Shown here: one piece after another, positions 1-8,508 of the stretch
Numbering within the stretch: position 1 is the stretch's first letter
Layout of the letters: each line of letters opens with the position of its first letter
Translations under genes and position numbers: made by a program
IMG/VR virus record: IMGVR_UViG_3300002301_000012
Coordinates: 30,041-94,040 of that record
Length of the DNA: 64,000 nt
From: a virus
Reading direction: 5' to 3' (one strand)
The notes under the pieces: generated by a model
Told to the model about the DNA's origin: nothing
The model's database searches: none
The model's input: only the letters and a program-made list of their open reading frames with translations

Positions 1-739
1 AAGCCAGCGCAAGGTCGACAGTGGCCAGTTTCGGTACGTACGAATTCTTGGCTTCCGTTCGCGAACACCAGCCTTCAGCGCGTACGCAGCAGGCAACCTG
101 TGTAAGTAGCGCCAAGGCTGTAAAGTAGTGGCTCCGTACGCCACCTTCGCCGCCTCCAAAGCCTTCGTCCTCGTATGCGCCAAGTTCCTCATCGAGGCAG
201 GCAAGCATCTCAGCGTATTCGGCCAGTCCGCTGGCGTTTTCGCTGCGCAGGAAGTCCGCGAGGCAGTTTCGGCCAACCTGCTTCCAGCCGCCTTCTGTGC
301 TTTGCAGGACGTACGTGTCTTTGCGAATGCGGTCCGTGTTGCAGTGGTCGCAGGCGGTTCCAGCCGTTCTGTATTCAAGTGGCAGTGTGGTTTCAAAGCC
401 TGGAACCGTGCGCAGAAGGTTTCCGCCGTCTTCGTGCTGTATGGTGGCCGCCATGGCCCAGCCATTCACGCGCGGGCAGTTTCCGGTCAGTGTCACCAGA
501 ACCAGGCGAATGGTGTATCTCCGGTACAGGCCGGTTTCTTCGTCGAGAGCACGCTTTGTAAGCGTTTCGAAGTGTTCGCCGGTTTCCGTCAATACCAGCG
601 GGTCCATCTTGAGCTTCGCAGCCCGCTTGTTCATCTTGGCGATCCGCGCCTTGAGCGCTTCCATGTTGGCTTCCGGCACGCTGTATATCGAGTTTCCGGC
701 TGCGTCGGTCGGCCTTGGTTGTTTTTCTTCGTTTTCCAT
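1..739 (-). CDS. Conserved phage protein with CDHC...QVGRNCLADFL Zn-binding motif (runs off window edge)
   Basis: Not in the ORF track. Hand translation from ATG at 739 gives MENEEKQPRP...ACDHCNTDRIRKDTYVLQSTEGGWKQVGRNCLADFL, open to base 1. GGAG RBS and a sigma70-like promoter lie upstream. Confidence 0.8.
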   Translation of the reverse strand, partial: MENEEKQPRPTDAAGNSIYSVPEANMEALKARIAKMNKRAAKLKMDPLVLTETGEHFETLTKRALDEETGLYRRYTIRLVLVTLTGNCPRVNGWAMAATIQHEDGGNLLRTVPGFETTLPLEYRTAGTACDHCNTDRIRKDTYVLQSTEGGWKQVGRNCLADFLRSENASGLAEYAEMLACLDEELGAYEDEGFGGGEGGVRSHYFTALALLTQVACCVRAEGWCSRTEAKNSYVPKLATVDLALA

Positions 740-780
740 CTTTGTTCTCCTTGGCAGGTGGTTGGTCTGCCTTCAAGTTC

Positions 781-809
781 AGAATAGAGGATCACAATGT
801 CGAATGCAA
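781..809 (-). promoter_or_regulatory. sigma70-like promoter TTGCAT-N17-TATTCT
   Basis: Read directly on the minus strand. Shares the ttttccNcttgcattcg context with the promoter at 2502-2529. Confidence 0.6.
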
Positions 810-819
810 GGGGAAAAGA

Positions 820-966
820 TCAGAATTCTTCGAGACACGCCTCCGGATACTTGTTCTGGAGCCTGCTGATAGCCAGTTCCAGGTCGTCGTAGATATCGCC
901 GCCCGGTCCGTAGCCATTGGCTTCGAGTAGTTCACGCGCGTTCTGTAGTGCTTCGAGTAGTTTCAT
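820..966 (-). CDS. Small hypothetical protein (48 aa, MKLLEALQNARELLEANGYG...)
   Basis: Hand-translated ORF with a GAGG RBS, co-oriented with its neighbours. Confidence 0.55.
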   Translation of the reverse strand: MKLLEALQNARELLEANGYGPGGDIYDDLELAISRLQNKYPEACLEEF

Positions 967-1007
967 AAATTCGCCTCACTTTCGCCTTTCTTGACCGTTT
1001 TGGCTGG

Positions 1008-2035
1008 TCAGGCCATCGGAATGTCGATATGCTGCTCGTTTACCTCTAATCCGGCAGAATGAGCAATGTACGGGTCAATCCAAATGATCTTGGATTCGGA
1101 CCTGCCTTTTCCGAAGTGTTGCCTGCGCATATGGCCAGCACGCCAGCGCAGTTCGGTAAAGTGCGCTTTCGGGTCAGCAGCCAGTCCGCGCCGGTCGATA
1201 GCATACTTCCGACCGATGAATGTTGGCGCATGAATGCGGCGTCCGCTTTTCGGCAGGCGTTTGCCCGTTGGCGCACCAGCCTCTACCAGTTCGGGTCGCG
1301 CCATCATTAGCAGAAGGAGGTTCGCCGCCAATCCGGCCATGCGGCAGGAGAACTCTGCTGGCATGGCATCCTTCAGCAGTTCATCGACATAGGTTACTTC
1401 ATCGATATAGTTCGAATCAGGCTCCAGCTTCTGTGACACTGGAAAAGCGCAATCCTGAATTGTCAGGCCCACTGGTTCAGGCATCCAAAACACGTCGATT
1501 CTGTCGTCCGAAGCCATCCGGAATGGCTTGATGAGTGATTTGGAAACAAAGCCATGCGGAAAACGGCTAATGCCAAGTGCGTAAATCGATGAGCCAGAGG
1601 ATTCTTTCAGCAGTCCAGACGGAATCATAAACGTCATGGAAGGAAAAGGAAATTTGATGTCGGACCAAGTCATTGCCGCTGGAGGATGCGTCCGTAATAG
1701 CGCCTGTATCAGAGGTGCACTGACGTAGTATACGGGCCAGTCGTGTACGGCTCCTGAAGGCTGGCTATCATTCCGACGTTGCTGTGGAGTGGATGTGAGC
1801 CTTCGGCTATTGCAATATTGCAGGTGACAATACCTGAAGCAAAGGTCGCAGCAACGGCCTTCCATCCGCGAAAGTTACCAGGTGTCTCGATGTGTTTTGT
1901 GTAGCATTTCCGCCATACTTCTGGCGCGTTCGTCTCGATTGCTCTGGCAATCGCATCCAATGATGGAGCCAAGGAGTGCCACTGCTCATCAATAAGATTT
2001 TTGACAATTTTGGATCGGTCTAAGATTGCGTTCAT
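1008..2035 (-). pseudogene. Phage hypothetical protein with C-terminal WRAGHMRRQ..G...KIIWIDP motif, apparently split by a 1-nt frameshift near 1755
   Basis: ORF 1709..2035 (coupled start, MNAILD...MIASLQ) and ORF 1008..1865 (GAVHDWPVYYVS...) join into one plausible protein with a single frame change. Confidence 0.5.
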
Positions 2036-2451
2036 TATGCGACCTCAGATATCTGCCTCGGTGCGTCCACATCAACTCCGAGCACTTCCATTTTGTTGGT
2101 GACAATACTGAGCGCTGCACAAAGGTTGAGGAAGTGCTGCCGACCGAAGTTGTCCAGCCTGCACCCGCGATTGTAAGCGTCGATAATGGCGCGGTCAAGG
2201 CGCTTGTAGATCGAATGCAAAGCCAGTCTGCCTTCGATAATGGCGTCGGCACTCATTGTCCAGCCGCAGGTCATGCTGTGGCCTTCATTGGCGTCGTTCT
2301 CGCAGTGGCATTCGGCGGAACTATAGTGGTATCCGGCAGCCATCAGAAAGGCGTCATGGGCACCGCCGAAGTCCAGTCCTTCGTTCTGCGCAGCCAGCCC
2401 GATCTTATAGGCTTCCCGCGCTTCGTCGCGTGTTACAAAAATGGTCTTCAT
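2035..2451 (-). CDS. Hypothetical protein
   Basis: 138-aa ORF, GGAG RBS, directly downstream of the promoter at 2502-2529. Confidence 0.7.
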   Translation of the reverse strand: MKTIFVTRDEAREAYKIGLAAQNEGLDFGGAHDAFLMAAGYHYSSAECHCENDANEGHSMTCGWTMSADAIIEGRLALHSIYKRLDRAIIDAYNRGCRLDNFGRQHFLNLCAALSIVTNKMEVLGVDVDAPRQISEVA

Positions 2452-2501
2452 GCTGTTCTCCTTGAGGCTTGGTTAGTGCCTCTGATCTATTGATCAACTT
2501 C

Positions 2502-2529
2502 AGTATACGCCAGTTTTCGGCGAATGCAA
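2502..2529 (-). promoter_or_regulatory. sigma70-like promoter TTGCAT-N16-TATACT
   Basis: Read directly on the minus strand in an intergenic gap. Confidence 0.6.
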
Positions 2530-2745
2530 GCGGAAAATAAAAAAAGATCAGTCTGTGGCTGTGTCGCTCAGAGATACCTCCAGTCCGGATATCAGGCCAC
2601 CACAGAACGGGCAGCACCTGGCACAAAGAAGTTGCGAACCGTTGACTACATGGCAAGGCAGGTCGGCCGTTCCGGTGCATCGTCCGCAGGTCTCGCATGG
2701 CGCAGCCACCGCAAGAACGATCTGATGGTCCGGTGGCACCAGCAT

Positions 2746-2910
2746 TTACCGGATGTAGATCGCAGCCAGCGTCAGTGCTGCAATAATCATTCCACCTATA
2801 ACGACCACGGCAAAGAATACGCCAGTCGACGTCAGGAACCGCTTGTGATGGCCGTCGCGGCAGAGGCGGCTTTCATGGCTCAGTGGTGGAAACTGCCGAA
2901 TAATGCTCAT
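2746..2910 (-). CDS. Small membrane protein (MSIIRQFPP...; one C-terminal TM helix)
   Basis: C-terminal part of ORF 2746..3087, with hydrophobic stretch VFFAVVVIGGMIIAALTLAAIYI. Confidence 0.55.
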   Translation of the reverse strand: MSIIRQFPPLSHESRLCRDGHHKRFLTSTGVFFAVVVIGGMIIAALTLAAIYIR

Positions 2911-2917
2911 ATATAGT

Positions 2918-3265
2918 TCACGATCTCCCTGTTTCTGCTGTATATCGCTCGTTGGCCTTCGCGATCTCTGCTTCGATGCTGATTCCCCAACACGCTTCGA
3001 ACTGGTCCTTCCCGATCCGTTCAATCGAAAAGTTTCCAGCTTCGTGAAGGTGATACTTTGCCTCCAGCCGGATGGTTCTCCTGTCATCCTTTGGACTGCC
3101 GCAAAAACGAACGTGATGCGTGGTCGCAGGCAGCTTGCCGGATATGATGCACGGCTGCCTTGCCATCCAAGCTAGGTAAGCCTTGTCGATCAGTCTGCCT
3201 CTGCGCGGCTTCGAACGCTTCTGGCTGATCGGTTTGGTCGCTCGTGGAAGTGGAGTGCGCTTCAT
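2918..3265 (-). CDS. DUF968/Ref-like HNH-type nuclease
   Basis: MKRTPL...YLAWMARQPCIISG..ATTHHVR...DDRRTIRL pattern. ATGA overlap with the upstream methylase. The second CxxH is degenerate. Confidence 0.6.
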   Translation of the reverse strand: MKRTPLPRATKPISQKRSKPRRGRLIDKAYLAWMARQPCIISGKLPATTHHVRFCGSPKDDRRTIRLEAKYHLHEAGNFSIERIGKDQFEACWGISIEAEIAKANERYTAETGRS

Positions 3266-4359
3266 GCGGCATCCAAAGGGGTTGCTGGTTCCAATACATC
3301 GAAAAGAGAAGACTGCTGCGCAGGGATGCAATGCGGCGAAAACCAGATGCGCTCTCGGTTCGAGTTCTCGCGGCCCGCGCCATCCCCCTGTGATCCGTAG
3401 CCGCCGCGCGCCTTCCATGCAACGCAATCCCAAGAATCCGGCATCGCGTGCTCGCCTTCGTATCCGCAAAGTGCGATGCGAAGCAGCGGGTTATCGCCGT
3501 TCTCGATTGCCCAGCGCCGCACAGAATGCGCCACTGTGAGGCTGTCGGCTGCGTATAGCGTTTCGTTTCTGTCGGCCGTGTCTGCGTAAGGCGGATCGAG
3601 GAAGACACCCGTAATGCCATGCTTGAAAGTTACCGAAGGGCCTAAGATTCGCTGCCAGTCCCCGCAACACACACGAACCCTGCGGAGCCGTTCCGCGAGT
3701 TCGCGCATGTAGCCTCGAAGATCTACGGATCTTCGGGTTATAATTCCGCTTCCGTTTGGATTTATCAGTTCTGGAATTTGCCTGGAAATCCGCGTCCCCG
3801 AGGTGAGGTCGCTTGCGATGCACGCCTGTTCGCCACCCGCGTTCCCGAGGTGAGGTAGCTGGCGATGCACGCCCGTACCCGCGTTCCCGAGGTGAGGTCG
3901 ATTGCGATGCACGCCCTTACCCGCGTCCCCGAGGTGAGGTCGCTGGCTCGAAGCCGCACACCAACCAGAACCGATCCATATACTTTGTCCCCATACCCAC
4001 CATCCTGCCACCATCGAATCGAAATAGAACGGATCGGTTTTCATCCGCTCTTGAAACTCCATATTGTTCACGAGCCACAAATGCCGCGCGTGCTGGTCCG
4101 CTTCGTTCACGGGGTTGTCCGCGTGTGCTGCGACCGCTTCGGGATCGTTCTGTAGCGCTCTCCAGAAGTTCGCAACGAAGCAGTCCATATCGTTTATCGT
4201 CTCGGTGTGCGCCTCGTGGGGACGCGCTAAGAGCACAGCGCCGGAGCCGAAAAAAGGTTCCACGTAGTTCGGGACGTTGCCGAAGCGATCCCAGACGATA
4301 TCTGCAACCTTGGATTTGCCGCCGAACCATGGAAACGGAGCCTTCATGCGGCGTGTCAT
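3262..4359 (-). CDS. D12-class (Dam-like) N6-adenine DNA methyltransferase
   Basis: FPWFGGKS, YVEPFFGSGAV, ETINDMD and FLDPPY motifs. Confidence 0.9.
   Translation of the reverse strand: MTRRMKAPFPWFGGKSKVADIVWDRFGNVPNYVEPFFGSGAVLLARPHEAHTETINDMDCFVANFWRALQNDPEAVAAHADNPVNEADQHARHLWLVNNMEFQERMKTDPFYFDSMVAGWWVWGQSIWIGSGWCAASSQRPHLGDAGKGVHRNRPHLGNAGTGVHRQLPHLGNAGGEQACIASDLTSGTRISRQIPELINPNGSGIITRRSVDLRGYMRELAERLRRVRVCCGDWQRILGPSVTFKHGITGVFLDPPYADTADRNETLYAADSLTVAHSVRRWAIENGDNPLLRIALCGYEGEHAMPDSWDCVAWKARGGYGSQGDGAGRENSNRERIWFSPHCIPAQQSSLFDVLEPATPLDAA
3790..3945 (-). repeat. Four copies of a ~42-nt repeat inside the methylase (RPHLGxAGxGVH units)
   Basis: ccgcgtYcccgaggtgaggt begins at 3790, 3837, 3879 and 3921. 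Confidence 0.9.
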
Positions 4360-5069
4360 ACGGCACCCGCAAGACTTGGCAGTTCCAATTCAGGGATGCG
4401 CTTGAACTCCACACGCCAAACCCATGGGTTTGTGTACCAGGAGCCAGCACCGTTTACCGTATTCCAGAGCGCTTCAAATGTCTGCACGGCAGTGTTGAAA
4501 CCTCCAAATTGCTTCGGGCCACCATTTTCTCCCCAATAAAACGATACTGATTTCGGCATACGAAAAGCAGCAGGATATTCCTTCGCCCATATGCCCTCAG
4601 CCTCCGCGTCGGCCTCCGTGATGGCGTTCAGGCGCTCCGGTCGCACGCTGACCACCTCCAGCGTGTCGCGCGAGGCCCAGCGGGGAAGAAACAGCGGCGA
4701 TACCCACTTGCCAGCCTTCGCAGCGACTTTCGGTAGCACGTAGTCGGACGGGGCGCGCAGTCTGACTTCCTCCGCGCCATCCGCAGCATAGGAAACGTGC
4801 ATGTTTCCATTCGCTAACCAAGTTCCTGTCCACGTCTCTCTTGTCCACAGCCGATCGCCGGGAACACCATACGGGCAACGGATAGACACCGGGCCGGCGA
4901 AGTGGTGCCACGTCCACCCTGCCGGGTCAAACTCACCGCCATCGAGCGTGTAATCGTCTGGCGCTTCGTTGATCTTGTTCAGGCCGCGCGTGCGCCGCGT
5001 CTGTGTCTTGATTCCGGCACGCAAGGCGCGGACCATCGGCGTACTGAAAATGATCGGTCTTTCTTTCAT
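4356..5069 (-). CDS. ASCH/PUA-like phage protein
   Basis: MKERPIIFSTPMVRAL..G.KTQTRR, CPYGVPGDRLWTRETW, PRWASR and NPWVWRVEF signature. Confidence 0.8.
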   Translation of the reverse strand: MKERPIIFSTPMVRALRAGIKTQTRRTRGLNKINEAPDDYTLDGGEFDPAGWTWHHFAGPVSIRCPYGVPGDRLWTRETWTGTWLANGNMHVSYAADGAEEVRLRAPSDYVLPKVAAKAGKWVSPLFLPRWASRDTLEVVSVRPERLNAITEADAEAEGIWAKEYPAAFRMPKSVSFYWGENGGPKQFGGFNTAVQTFEALWNTVNGAGSWYTNPWVWRVEFKRIPELELPSLAGAV

Positions 5070-5314
5070 CGCGTTTCCTCTGGCTGTTGACGCATTTTCA
5101 TTTGCACCACCTCATTCATCAGTGATTCGTTAATTTTTCCGCGCCCGCGATCAAACTGGTAGAAAATGAGCGCCAAAGCTTTCAGCAGATCGTGATGAGA
5201 TTGTTGAGCAGTTGCGGCTTGGAAAGCGTGCTCGACCGCAGCATGAAGCAAGGCGTCATTATGGTATTCGACCAACGCCAAATCTTGCTCTGAGAGATCA
5301 AATGGTTTGTTCAT
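5066..5314 (-). CDS. Hypothetical protein
   Basis: 82-aa ORF with ATGA coupling to the next gene. Confidence 0.6.
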   Translation of the reverse strand: MNKPFDLSEQDLALVEYHNDALLHAAVEHAFQAATAQQSHHDLLKALALIFYQFDRGRGKINESLMNEVVQMKMRQQPEETR

Positions 5315-5409
5315 CGGTTTTTCCGCGCCCGCGATCAGATGGAACGAATACTCCTTCGACTGATTTCGACTGTTTCAGACTACCGATTTCGACTGATTTC
5401 GACCCCGCA

Positions 5410-5586
5410 TCAGTACAGCCCGCCATCGGCGTCGTCAAAGCACTGCTTGCGGCAATATTCCTTCATGTTGGCGGTCCATCCATGCATCGGCCATCCACCC
5501 CAATACCAACGCCAGCATATTCGGCACGGTTGAAACGGGAACCACCCGACATAGCGAGTCCACCAGTACTTCCATCCAGTCAGCAT
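5410..5586 (-). CDS. Small Trp-rich protein with CxxC...CxxxC (58 aa)
   Basis: Hand translation MLTGWKYWWTRYVGWFPFQPCRICWRWYWGGWPMHGWTANMKEYCRKQCFDD. Starts immediately after the upstream stop. Confidence 0.55.
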   Translation of the reverse strand: MLTGWKYWWTRYVGWFPFQPCRICWRWYWGGWPMHGWTANMKEYCRKQCFDDADGGLY

Positions 5587-6138
5587 CTACTTCTTCTCCG
5601 GCAGTGTCATCCAGTACTTCGGTTTGATAGGATACAGGCCGGGAAACGATCTCCACTCGTGTGTATTGGTGGTAACGATGTGTGTCAAGTAGGCAACCAG
5701 TGGAAAGTCGTAGCGGTCTGAAGAAACAAGGATCTTTGTCCCGTCTTTCGGTGCTGTTGCCATGTCCTGCCAGCCAGCGCCAGCAATCGATCCAATTCCG
5801 TTGTCCAGGCATTCGCGCGTCAGGCGCACGGCGTCGGATGCTACCGCAATAATATCTTTGGGACGAGGAACGCGAAAGCCGCATTGTTCAATCAGATTAA
5901 GGCAGCGAGTCTCAAAGTATGACAGATCGTTAGCCAGCTTTCGGCCAGCAACCACGGTAGCGGTCTCGTCAGGATAGCAGCGTGTTTCATGATCGCAAAA
6001 CGCGCAGCGTCCGTTAGATCCTAACTCGTGGTGATCGCACGGACCAAGGTTGCCTTCGTATGTATCGCACATACAACTGAGGTTCAGGAAGCGTTCGGTG
6101 TGCGTTGTGTCGCAGCGACCTTGCGAGATTCGAGCCAT
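5587..6138 (-). CDS. Cys/His-rich N-terminus fused to DUF551-like domain
   Basis: C-terminal WQDMATAPKDGTKILV...PKYWMTLPE. The start position is uncertain. Confidence 0.7.
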   Translation of the reverse strand: MARISQGRCDTTHTERFLNLSCMCDTYEGNLGPCDHHELGSNGRCAFCDHETRCYPDETATVVAGRKLANDLSYFETRCLNLIEQCGFRVPRPKDIIAVASDAVRLTRECLDNGIGSIAGAGWQDMATAPKDGTKILVSSDRYDFPLVAYLTHIVTTNTHEWRSFPGLYPIKPKYWMTLPEKK

Positions 6139-6142
6139 AGAC

Positions 6143-6358
6143 TTAGTTCTTGACCCCGTATACTTCAGCGTTGTACGGACACTTCTCTGTGTGGTACGGA
6201 GCCGTCGCGTTGCAGCGATGGCAGTGGCCACGGTAGAGAACCGCTTCGTCGTGCTCGATGGTTGCTCCGCGAACAGCAAGGATCGCCAAAGGCAGCGGAA
6301 CCGTTGCCAGTTCCAGTGTCCGTCCTCCCATCGCAGTGGCTTCAAAGTTGGTAACCAT
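6143..6358 (-). CDS. Hypothetical Zn-binding protein, probably leaderless (MVTNFEATAMGG...)
   Basis: ATG lies 7 nt downstream of an extended -10 TGGTAGGAT. CHRC...H...C motif. Confidence 0.55.
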   Translation of the reverse strand: MVTNFEATAMGGRTLELATVPLPLAILAVRGATIEHDEAVLYRGHCHRCNATAPYHTEKCPYNAEVYGVKN

Positions 6359-6365
6359 AGCCAGA

Positions 6366-6417
6366 ATCCTACCAGCAAACATAGGTACTTGTCAACTTGA
6401 AAACATGGTGGTAGCAT
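6366..6417. promoter_or_regulatory. Back-to-back promoters with overlapping -35 boxes
   Basis: Plus strand: TTGTCA(6389)-N17-TAGCAT(6412). Minus strand: TTGACA(6395)-N18-TAGGAT(6371). Both have TGn extensions and sit at the strand switch. Confidence 0.7.
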
Positions 6418-6425
6418 TAAGGCCA

Positions 6426-6599
6426 ATGGAGAAAACACAGTTTTCATTTCGGCTCGACGTTAATTTGCAGCAGGAATTACGAGAGGAAGCGGTCTTATTG
6501 CGCCGTGAGCGAGGGAACAGAGTCACAGTTCAGGAGATCGCCACGGAGGCGATCATGGAATGGCTGAACAAGCGGAAGCAGAATACTTCCAATGGCTGA
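6426..6599 (+). CDS. Ribbon-helix-helix DNA-binding protein
   Basis: MEKTQFSFRLDVNLQQELREEA...TVQEIATEAIMEWL shows the RHH strand-helix-helix pattern. Confidence 0.7.
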   Translation: MEKTQFSFRLDVNLQQELREEAVLLRRERGNRVTVQEIATEAIMEWLNKRKQNTSNG

Positions 6600-7002
6600 T
6601 CGCTCCAATTTGTTCGTTGGTCGCATTGTCGACGGCAAGTTCGTTCTGGACGACAGGGACGGCTTCGCCGCGCTGAAAAACAAACTGGAAGGAAACGACA
6701 TCGTGCTTCAGTTGCGGGAGCGTTTCAATCCAGAGGATATCGGACATTTGCGCCGATACTTCCATGGCGTCGTCCTTCCGCGGATCGCCGTGGCCGCTGG
6801 CTACAGCACCAGCAAAGAAGATCTGGCACACGTCAAGGGAGGATTGAAAGGGCGGTTTCTTACGGTTCCAATGGCTCCCGGTGAGCCGGTTATCATCAAG
6901 AGCACGGAGAGCCTTACGAGAAAAGAGTACTCTGAGTTCATCTTCAGTTGCCGCCAGTTCGCAGCGGAGACTTTGCATATTGACATCGAAGACCCAATAT
7001 GA
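6592..7002 (+). CDS. NinB/YbcN-like recombination-associated protein
   Basis: RRYFHGVVL...LKGRFL...KSTESLTRKEYSEFIFSCRQFAAE.L.I.I pattern. Confidence 0.6.
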   Translation: MADRSNLFVGRIVDGKFVLDDRDGFAALKNKLEGNDIVLQLRERFNPEDIGHLRRYFHGVVLPRIAVAAGYSTSKEDLAHVKGGLKGRFLTVPMAPGEPVIIKSTESLTRKEYSEFIFSCRQFAAETLHIDIEDPI

Positions 7003-7129
7003 AACGAGCAATTGTCAATCCCGCGAGTCCGGCCCGCGCAGCGCACTCGGGATGACAATCGCGAAGCCAACGTAAAAATTCTGAAAACGACGTTGTAACC
7101 AAAAAGCTGTATGCTGAAGAGGAGTCCAC

Positions 7130-7630
7130 ATGGAAGAACCAAACCGTTATCGTCACCACCGAAGACATCATCCTGTACATCATGATCGAAATCGAGCGGT
7201 GCGATTAAGGTTTACGTTCACGACGGCAGATAAGATTCAATTCACAGGAGATCACTTACATATGCAGGAAAACCTCGTTGCAGGACAATCCGTATCAGTT
7301 ATCGGATCGCCCGTCATTTCCGATGGCGTAACGCCCAGCCAGGCCACGCTGTCCAACGTTCAGTACACCAGTTCGGATTCGACGGTCTTCACCGTTGCAG
7401 CCGATCCCAACACTCCGAACGGCGCTATCATCACCAGCGTCGGTGCCGGAACCGCAACGCTTACAGAGACGGCCACAGCGACAGAGCCGGATGGAACAAC
7501 CACGGAACAGATCCAAGGCGTGGCCACCATCACGGTAACGGCTGCGCCGCCTCCTCCACCTCCACCGGCTGCCTCGTTGGTCTTTGCCTTCGGGACGCCA
7601 TTCACCACGCCTGCACCCGCAGCAGCGTAA
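7130..7630 (+). CDS. Ig-like (Big_2-type) domain protein with poly-Pro tail; alternative start at 7262
   Basis: YTSSDSTVFTV...ITSVGAGTATLT motif. GGAG RBS precedes both ATGs. Confidence 0.7.
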   Translation: MEEPNRYRHHRRHHPVHHDRNRAVRLRFTFTTADKIQFTGDHLHMQENLVAGQSVSVIGSPVISDGVTPSQATLSNVQYTSSDSTVFTVAADPNTPNGAIITSVGAGTATLTETATATEPDGTTTEQIQGVATITVTAAPPPPPPPAASLVFAFGTPFTTPAPAAA

Positions 7631-7685
7631 GAAAGGACAAGACGCGCAGGAAGGACTAGCCTTCGAACGATTCGTGCTGGAGCAA

Positions 7686-7743
7686 CAAACAGCGGCTTGG
7701 ATTCGGCAGCGGTAACCACCGGATTCTGGCCGCTTTTGTTTTG
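7686..7743 (+). terminator. Probable intrinsic terminator
   Basis: agcggct...ggccgct stem followed by tttgttttgt. Confidence 0.5.
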
Positions 7744-7770
7744 TGCGCCTGGATTTGGTAGTCTGAAGTC

Positions 7771-8508
7771 GTGCCAGAGTTAAAATCACCGAAACATGAA
7801 TATTTTGCTATCGGCATCACAAACGACGTAAACCCTACGGAGGCTTACATTTCCGCTGGGTATTCGAAAGCTGGCGCGGCTGCCGGCGCATGGAGATTGT
7901 TAAATCTCAAAAAAATTCGTGATAGGATTAACGAATTACGAGCAGAAAGACACGCTGCCATCACAAAACGTGTGATAGAAGGCGAGATTCTGACGACGAC
8001 TGAATGCCTGATTGCTGAACGCAATCAACAGGTTAGGCTAAAGTGGCAGCGGTATCAAAAGCTATCACAAATTGTGCAGGAACGGACATCGTTCTTCACT
8101 GATCCAAAGAACGAGGCGATAATCGCACTGGGTGGACCGGACAAGCTTCCAGGCGTCGATACTGGCTTCGTGACGCTACGGTACAGGACACTTGGCCGAA
8201 AGGTCGTGCCGGAACTGAATCTGGATGTGCCTTTGTTGCGCGAGATGAGCTTACTGGAGGAACAGGTCGGTCGAATGATGGGATTCATCCAGCCGATCAG
8301 TATTAGCCAGACGAACAACAGTCAGACGGTCGCTGTGCAAGCCGTTCAGGCGAATGTATACATGCGGGACAAGCCACCTGAATTAGTCGGTCGGTCTGTT
8401 GATCAATTGCGAAAACTGATGGACCTCGCCAAGGCATGTCAGGCTTCTGGCGTTCACGTGGAACTGCCGCAACTTTCAGCGCCGCCTCCTGCTGCCGATG
8501 CTCGGTGA
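7771..8508 (+). CDS. terS: Terminase small subunit
   Basis: LKSPKHEYFA...TEAYISAGYS....A.RLL....IRDRINELR HTH, immediately upstream of TerL. Confidence 0.85.
   Translation: MPELKSPKHEYFAIGITNDVNPTEAYISAGYSKAGAAAGAWRLLNLKKIRDRINELRAERHAAITKRVIEGEILTTTECLIAERNQQVRLKWQRYQKLSQIVQERTSFFTDPKNEAIIALGGPDKLPGVDTGFVTLRYRTLGRKVVPELNLDVPLLREMSLLEEQVGRMMGFIQPISISQTNNSQTVAVQAVQANVYMRDKPPELVGRSVDQLRKLMDLAKACQASGVHVELPQLSAPPPAADAR

Noticed and set aside
128-869. Plus-strand ORFs at the left end
   Set aside because: They are shadows of the minus-strand gene 1..739, which has an RBS, a promoter and conserved motifs.
3790-3945. Repeats with ~20-nt gaps as a mini-CRISPR
   Set aside because: The intervening sequences are similar to each other, the tract lies in a methylase ORF, and no cas genes are present.
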